Shown: piece by piece, positions 58,709 through 64,000 of the stretch
How the letters are laid out: each line of letters begins with the position of its first letter
Position numbering within the stretch: the first letter of the stretch is position 1
Source: an uncultured Chloroflexia bacterium
Lineage (GTDB): Bacteria; Chloroflexota; Limnocylindria; QHBO01
Assembly: GCA_963827475.1 (NCBI GenBank)
Contig: CAWHAZ010000004.1
Location: 192,001-256,000 of the forward strand
Length of the DNA: 64,000 bases
Reading direction: 5' to 3'
The notes under the pieces: generated by a model
Databases searched by the model: none
Told to the model about the DNA's origin: nothing
The model's input: the letters and a program-made list of their open reading frames with translations, nothing else
Translations under genes and position numbers: made by a program

Positions 58709-59556
58709 AGCGGAGCGAGGCTCCAGCGGCCGCGGCCCTCATCGGCCGTTCGCCGGTCAGCCACGTACAGAACGCGGCACTCCCCGCCAGCAGGGCGAGG
58801 GACGAGGTCCACACGTTGGGCAGGGCGAGCATGACCCCGATCGGCAGCAGCCACGACCGGTTCCACCGCGCGGCGACCACGATCACGACCACCGCGATCG
58901 GCAGCCGGACGAGGAACGGCAGCGGGATGACCTGGATCCGCGGGTCCGACCCGACGTTGGCCACCAGCAGCGAGATCCACTCCGCCCACAGCTCGGCCGA
59001 GAACAGGACCGATACGCCCACGATCGCCGCCGTCAGGCCCAGCCCGACCCACAGCGCGCGCCACTCCCCGCGCAGGGGGTGCCACAGGATCCCGATCCCC
59101 GGCGTGACCTTGGTGAGGAACGGGAACGCCCACGCCCCCGCGCCCCACGGTTGGCGCCACACGGCGAGGACGACCGCCCCGGCCAGGAAGACGTGGATGT
59201 TGCCGCGCAGGATGTCGTCGACGACCCCCGGAAAGGCGAGCATCCACGGCACCCGCATCCAGAACAGGATCCCGATCGCGAGCCCGGTCCACAGGGCCGC
59301 GAACGACCGGCCAGGGGAGCAGGGTGAACGGGTAGAGGAGCTGGGCGAAGGCGGGGGAGTAGACGTAGGCCTCGTAGTCCAGCCACGGGATGTCGTACAG
59401 GCCGCCGTCCCACGCGTTCCACATGCCGTAGGCATCGAACATCGGTCCGTACTCGGGGACGGGCTCGGCATACGGCACGATCCGCAGCCACACCGCGGCG
59501 ATGTAGATCAGGCCGGCCAGGGTCAGGCCATGCCGCAGCGCGTCCCAGCGCGTCAC
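58705..59556 (-). CDS. GT87 (DUF2029)-like glycosyltransferase (frameshift near 59310)
   Basis: FDAYG.W, YVYSPAFAQL, DILRGNIH and LTKVTPGIG motifs. Confidence 0.8.
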   Translation of the reverse strand: MTRWDALRHGLTLAGLIYIAAVWLRIVPYAEPVPEYGPMFDAYGMWNAWDGGLYDIPWLDYEAYVYSPAFAQLLYPFTLLPWPVVRGPVDRARDRDPVLDAGAVDARLSGGRRRHPARQHPRLPGRGGRPRRVAPTVGRGGVGVPVPHQGHAGDRDPVAPPARGVARAVGRAGPDGGDRGRIGPVLGRAVGGVDLAAGGQRRVGPADPGHPAAVPRPAADRGGRDRGRRAVEPVVAAADRGHARPAQRVDLVPRPAGGECRVLYVADRRTADEGRGRWSLAPL

Positions 59557-59711
59557 GGCAGATTGAGGTCAGGTTGCTCGTTGATCTCGATGATCGGCTG
59601 CTGCATCGGCCCGCCGAGGGGGTAGTCGAGGATCGGCAGCTCCAATCCGGCCAGCTTCCAGGCGCCGACGAGCACGATCACGACGAGCGCGACGGCCAGC
59701 AGGAACCTCAT
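59553..59711 (-). CDS. Small membrane-anchored/secreted protein (52 aa; not in ORF track)
   Basis: MRFLLAVALVVIVLVGAWKLAGLELPILDYPLGGPMQQPIIEINEQPDLNLP; TATCTT -10 7 nt upstream; GTGA overlap with the GT87 gene. Confidence 0.65.
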   Translation of the reverse strand: MRFLLAVALVVIVLVGAWKLAGLELPILDYPLGGPMQQPIIEINEQPDLNLP

Positions 59712-59779
59712 GGCCCGCAAGATACTCCGGTCACCCCGCCGCGGAACAGACCGATGGTCCCGACTACAGTAGCCAGACC

Positions 59780-59854
59780 ATGACCGATTTTCGATCCACG
59801 GCTTCGATCACGATCAACGCCATCGCCGCCTTGAAGGAGCTGGTCGAGTCGTGA
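59780..59854 (+). pseudogene. Possible internally deleted SRPBCC/AHSA1-like gene remnant (24 aa)
   Basis: MTDFRSTASITINA fused to IAALKELVES; these resemble the N- and C-termini of START/SRPBCC proteins. Confidence 0.4.
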
Positions 59855-60771
59855 TCGGTACCCAGCCAACCGTCATCGAGTGGCTGCTGGACTCCGATCC
59901 TGCCATCCGCTGGCAGGTCATGCGCGACCTGACCGATGCGCCCGCCGAGGACGTCGCCGCCGAGCGGGCGAAGGTCGCCACCGAGGGCTGGGGCGCCCAG
60001 CTGCTGGCGCTGCAGCCACCGGACGGAGCGTGGGGCGGCGGCGCCTACAAGCCCGACTGGACCGCCACCACGGCGACCCTCCAGCTGCTGCGCCACTTCG
60101 GCGTGGACCCGACGCAGGAGGCCGTGCGGCGCGCCATCGGCCTTGTCCGCGCCAACGTTCGGTGGGAGTACGACGACCTGCCCTACTTCGACGGCGAGGT
60201 CGAGCCGTGCATCAACGGGCAGGCCGTCGCCGTGGGCGCCTACTTCGGCCAGGACGTGCGCGTCATCGTCGACCGGCTGCTGACCGAGCAGATGGAGGAT
60301 GGCGGCTGGAACTGCGAGCAGGAAAACGGCTCGGTGCGCGGTTCGTTCGACACCTCGATCAACGTGCTGGAGGGCCTCCTCGAGTACGAGCGGGCGGTCG
60401 GTGGGGACAGCGACGTCGCGGCGGCACGCGTCCGCGGGCAGGAGTACCTGCTCGAGCGGGGGCTTCTCCGTCGCCTGACCACCGGCGAGGTCGGCGACCG
60501 CAAGTGGCTCTACCTCCCGTTCCCCTACGGGTGGCATTACAACGTCCTGCGCGCGCTCGACCATCTCCGAAATGCCGGCGCCACACCGGACGAGCGCATC
60601 GCCGAGCCGATCCAGCTGGTCGAGTCCAAGCGCAGCGCCGACGGCCGCTGGAGCCCGGAGCTGGCCCTCCACGACGAGATGCCCGTCGACCTCGGCGAGC
60701 GCGTGGACGAGCCGAGCCGATGGATCACGCTGCACGCCCTGCGCGTGCTCCGCTGGGCCGGGAGAACCTAG
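59851..60771 (+). CDS. Squalene-cyclase/prenyltransferase-like alpha-alpha toroid protein
   Basis: WLLDSDPAIRWQVMRDL, QPPDGAWGG, EPCING and QMEDGGWNCE (QW-like repeats). Confidence 0.78.
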   Translation: MIGTQPTVIEWLLDSDPAIRWQVMRDLTDAPAEDVAAERAKVATEGWGAQLLALQPPDGAWGGGAYKPDWTATTATLQLLRHFGVDPTQEAVRRAIGLVRANVRWEYDDLPYFDGEVEPCINGQAVAVGAYFGQDVRVIVDRLLTEQMEDGGWNCEQENGSVRGSFDTSINVLEGLLEYERAVGGDSDVAAARVRGQEYLLERGLLRRLTTGEVGDRKWLYLPFPYGWHYNVLRALDHLRNAGATPDERIAEPIQLVESKRSADGRWSPELALHDEMPVDLGERVDEPSRWITLHALRVLRWAGRT

Positions 60772-60782
60772 ACTCCACCACG

Positions 60783-61229
60783 ATGAGCAATCGGGGCGTG
60801 GTCGAAGCCTATGCAAAGGCATTCGCCGAAGACGACCTGGACACCCAGGACGCCCTGGTCCACGACGACTACGTGCTCGACTACCCGCAGTCCGGCGAGC
60901 GCTTCCGCGGCAGGGCCAATCGACGGGCGATCATCGAGAACTACCCCAACCGGGTCGAGGGCGACATCAGGCCGTCCGTCGATCGGATCATCGGCTCGGA
61001 CGACAAGTTCATCTCCGGGGTCCAGCCGGGCTGGAACATGATCCACCTGTCGGGCTCGGGCGACGACTTCCAGGCCACCGGCGTGATCAAGTACCCCGAC
61101 GGCAGTGTCTGGCATTACGTCACGCTCATGACGCTGCGTGGCGGCAAGATCTGGCGCGAGACCACCTACTTTGCCGAGCCATTCGAGGCGCCGGACTGGC
61201 GCGCGCCGTACGCGGAGCGCATCGAGTAG
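60783..61229 (+). CDS. SnoaL/NTF2-like protein
   Basis: HDDYVLDYPQSGERFRGR and GKIWRETTYFAEPFEAPDWRA motifs. Confidence 0.85.
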   Translation: MSNRGVVEAYAKAFAEDDLDTQDALVHDDYVLDYPQSGERFRGRANRRAIIENYPNRVEGDIRPSVDRIIGSDDKFISGVQPGWNMIHLSGSGDDFQATGVIKYPDGSVWHYVTLMTLRGGKIWRETTYFAEPFEAPDWRAPYAERIE

Positions 61230-61230
61230 G

Positions 61231-61260
61231 TTGACAGGCGTACGGTCTACTGTACAGTAG
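61231..61260 (+). promoter_or_regulatory. Sigma70 promoter and palindromic autoregulatory operator of the TA operon
   Basis: TTGACA-16 nt-TACAGT; perfect palindrome CTACTGTACAGTAG at 61247-61260. Confidence 0.85.
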
Positions 61261-61266
61261 GCCGTC

Positions 61267-61569
61267 ATGAAGACGGTCCCCATCACTGAGCTCCGGAAGC
61301 GCATCTCGGACGTCATTGACGACGTGTACGAGACCGATGAGCCCACGGTCGTGCTCCAGCGATCGAAGAAGGCGGCCTACATCGTCAGCCCGGAGCAGTA
61401 CGAGCGGGACCAGGCGGAGCTCGCGAGCCTACGGCGAGAGATTTTCCTCATGGAGGTCCGTGAGTCCGAGGCGGAGCTGGCGGCAGGGGGAGGCAAGGCA
61501 TTCGACGACGTCGAGGAGCTCATCCGCTACCTGGATCCCGGACGAAAGGCGCACGCTGACCCGAAGTGA
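61267..61569 (+). CDS. Phd/YefM-family antitoxin
   Basis: VPITELRKRISDVIDDV..TDEPTVV..AAYIVSPEQYE. Confidence 0.88.
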   Translation: MKTVPITELRKRISDVIDDVYETDEPTVVLQRSKKAAYIVSPEQYERDQAELASLRREIFLMEVRESEAELAAGGGKAFDDVEELIRYLDPGRKAHADPK

Positions 61570-61819
61570 GGCTGGCTGTCACCCGCCGATTCGAGCGCAG
61601 CGCCAAGAAACTGAAAGATCCAGAGGCCCTCATGCTTCATGGGGCATTGCTACGCTTCGCCAAGGATCCGCGCGACCCGCTGCTCCGGACTCACAAGCTC
61701 GAAGGCAAGCTCGAGGCTACTGGGCGTTCAGCGTGGATCGAGACATCCGCGTCCTCTTCCAGTGGGACGGTGACGATGCGGTCCTCTACAACGTGGGCCG
61801 TCACGACCAGGTCTACTGA
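61566..61819 (+). CDS. RelE/YafQ-family mRNA interferase toxin (frameshift near 61715)
   Basis: TRRFERSAKKL, LRTHKL.GKL, then GYWAFSVDRDIRVLF..VGRHDQVY in a shifted frame; GTGA overlap. Confidence 0.85.
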
Positions 61820-61828
61820 GCGTCCGAC

Positions 61829-62464
61829 ATGAGCTCTCACCGCTTCCCTCGAGGCGCTGGTCGAGGAGCACGACCGGATAGGCTCTCCCCTACGCGAACG
61901 CCTCGCGCCGGGCGTGCCGCGGGATCAGATCGAATCCGAGGTGACGGCCCTCGGGCTCTCTCCTCCGGAGGACCTGATCGAGCTATTCGCGTGGCACGAG
62001 GTACGCGACGACCCAGGTGACAAGTGGCGCGTCACCTGGTTCTGGCCGGCATCGCCATTCCGTTTGAACGAGGCGATTGCCGAATACCACCACGCGATGA
62101 GCATCGGCGGGGTCACGCCAGCCGAGCTCGACGGCACATCGCGGCAGCCGGGCCGGGCTCGACGATGACGGGCTTCTGGCGGTCGGACTGGTTCCCCATC
62201 CTGGACGGAGGGGAGGGCGCGGTGCAATGCGCCATCAACGGCGAGACACTCGAGGGGTCACCAGTCTGGCGCCAGAACTGGCACCCAAACGAGAACTTCC
62301 AGGCGGCCCAGCTCGCCCCGACACTCACCGAATTCGTCGACCGGATCGTGGAGCTCTTCCGCGCCGGCGCCTATCACTGGGATGCCGAGTCCCAGGCGAT
62401 CACGACCGTGGACGAAGTCTTCGATCGACTCGGTTTGGCTGCGACATACCGGCCGTGGCCCTGA
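61829..62464 (+). CDS. SMI1/KNR4-family protein (frameshifted)
   Basis: LAPGV, LSPPEDLIELFAWH, FWRSDWFPI and LAPTLTEFVD motifs. Confidence 0.7.
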
Positions 62465-62477
62465 GGCCGCCGACGAC

Positions 62478-63084
62478 ATGACTGAAGTCCCCGATCGGTT
62501 CCGTGCGCTGATCGACGAGCTGGCGCGCCTCGGGTCGCCCATCGGCCGGTTCCTGCGGCCAGGGCCGGCCGGCGGGCGCAGTCGTCGCGGCGCTGGCCCC
62601 GCTTCAGCTCGCGGCGCCGTCGGAGCTCATCGATTGGTTCGGTCTGCAGGACGGGCCGGACGATGATGGGTTGCAACGGGCCGACCCGGGCGCTTCGCCG
62701 CTGGAGGTGTTCCCGGGCGTCCGCCTCCTGACCCTGGATCAGGCGGTGGCCCAGTGCCTCGACATGCGCCGAAGTGCTGCCGAGCTCGGGGAAGAAGCGG
62801 AGGAGTACTGGAGCTCTGACTGGTTCCCGATCGGGTACGGCCCGGGAAGCATTTTCGCGGTCCCGTGCCCGGCAGAGTCTCCGAACGAGCGGGCCGCGGT
62901 CTGGCGCTTCATATCGCACCCAGGGAAATCGGAGACCGGCCCCGTGACGGAGACCCTTGCCGAGCTCATCGATCGATGGGCTGCGGAGATCCGGGCCGGG
63001 AGCGTCTATTGGCACACGGGGTACCGGTCGCTCGAGCCCGCCGACGACGAAGCCTTGCGGCTCGAGACCGAGGGCCTGTCCTGA
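62478..63084 (+). CDS. SMI1/KNR4-family protein, paralog 2 (frameshifted)
   Basis: LRPG, ELIDWF..QDG, LLTLDQAV, YWSSDWFPIG and TLAELID motifs. Confidence 0.72.
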
Positions 63085-63116
63085 GCCGTAACCCGATTTC
63101 TCCTAGCATCCGGCGG

Positions 63117-64000
63117 GTGAGGCTCGAATCGCGGCACAGGGTCGTCCAGCTGCTGGCCACCGGAAAGGTGGGCGGGGCGCAGGGCAGCGTCACGGACCTG
63201 ATGCTCCGCCTGGACCGATCCCGGTTCGCCGTCGAAGCCATCTCCCTGACCGATGGACCCGCCGTCGACCGCATGCGCGGTCTCGACCTGCCGGTCACCG
63301 TCCTCGACGAGCCGGATGACCGCCTCGCGGTCCGAGCCCTCGCCGCGCACCTGCGCGAGCGCGAGGTGGATCTCCTCCACGCCCACATGTTCCGCGCCGA
63401 GCTCCTCGGTGCCCGGGCCGCCCGCCTGGCGGGCACCCCAGCGATGATCGCCACGGTCCACTCGAGCCGCGTCCGCTCCCCGGACGACATCGCCGCCCTG
63501 GCGGCCGCGACCCCGCTCATCGACCACCTGATCGCCCCGTCGGAGGCCATCGCCGCCAAGCTGCGCCGCGAGGGCCGCGGAGCGGCCGAGATCACGGTCA
63601 TTCCCAACGGCGTGGACCTCGATCGATTCGGCGCCCATCGGTCTCCCGGGCAGCGAACCGCCATTCGCGCCACGCTCGGCATCCCGGCCGATGCCTTCGT
63701 CATCGGTGTCGTCGCCCGGCTGGAGCCGGAGAAGGGACATCGGTATCTCCTCGCCGCCTGGCCGGAGATCGCCCGGGCCGTGCCCAATGCCTGGCTTGCT
63801 GTCATCGGCGACGGCTCCCTGACCGATGCGCTTCGCGCGCAGGCCCTCGCCCTTCCGCCCGCCGCCCGCAGGCGCGTGGTCTTTGCCGGTGGACAGACCG
63901 ATGTGGTGGCGATGACCCAATCCCTCGACCTGGCCGTCCTGCCCTCGCTCCGCGAGGCGCAGGGGATCGCGCTGCTGGAGGCCATGGCCGCCCGCGTGCC
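63117..64000 (+). CDS. GT4 glycosyltransferase (partial, runs off the window)
   Basis: Hand translation: VVQLLATGKVGGAQ, HAH, VIPNGVD, ARLEPEKGH and LPSLREAQGIALLEAMA; TAGCAT -10 7 nt before the GTG. Confidence 0.9.
   Translation, partial: MRLESRHRVVQLLATGKVGGAQGSVTDLMLRLDRSRFAVEAISLTDGPAVDRMRGLDLPVTVLDEPDDRLAVRALAAHLREREVDLLHAHMFRAELLGARAARLAGTPAMIATVHSSRVRSPDDIAALAAATPLIDHLIAPSEAIAAKLRREGRGAAEITVIPNGVDLDRFGAHRSPGQRTAIRATLGIPADAFVIGVVARLEPEKGHRYLLAAWPEIARAVPNAWLAVIGDGSLTDALRAQALALPPAARRRVVFAGGQTDVVAMTQSLDLAVLPSLREAQGIALLEAMAARV

Overview
High-GC bacterial window, most consistent with a monoderm Chloroflexota-type organism (inferred from protein styles and a secretin-less Tad locus). Single-base frameshifts are frequent, even in atpB and atpA, which points to long-read assembly errors. 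1-13.3 kb is housekeeping: glyA, a complete F1Fo atp operon, murA (Cys-to-Asp type), mreB, a PHP phosphoesterase and a flippase-like membrane protein. 14-36.4 kb is one long minus-strand run: DegS/DegU-like pair, flp pilin, cpaB-cpaE-cpaF-tadB-tadC, an OmpR-type regulator and sensor kinase, three TadE-TadE-TadG minor-pilin cassettes, DUF192, comF and hpf. 33.7-59.6 kb holds an array of about 14 GT-C-fold membrane glycosyltransferase-like genes (8 GT87-like, 5 larger GT-C/ArnT-like, 1 O-antigen-ligase/TPR), an FAD oxidoreductase, a metallophosphoesterase and a class III cyclase-STAND ATPase. 59.8-64 kb has a terpene-cyclase-like protein, SnoaL, a Phd/YefM-RelE toxin-antitoxin pair with a clear operator, two SMI1/KNR4 paralogs and a partial GT4. 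The best candidate for an undescribed system is a multi-cassette Tad/Flp pilus with shared upstream motifs, PASTA-like and Ser/Thr/Pro-rich minor pilins, and an adjacent expanded extracytoplasmic glycosylation array. No rRNA, tRNA, CRISPR array, transposase or integrase was seen.
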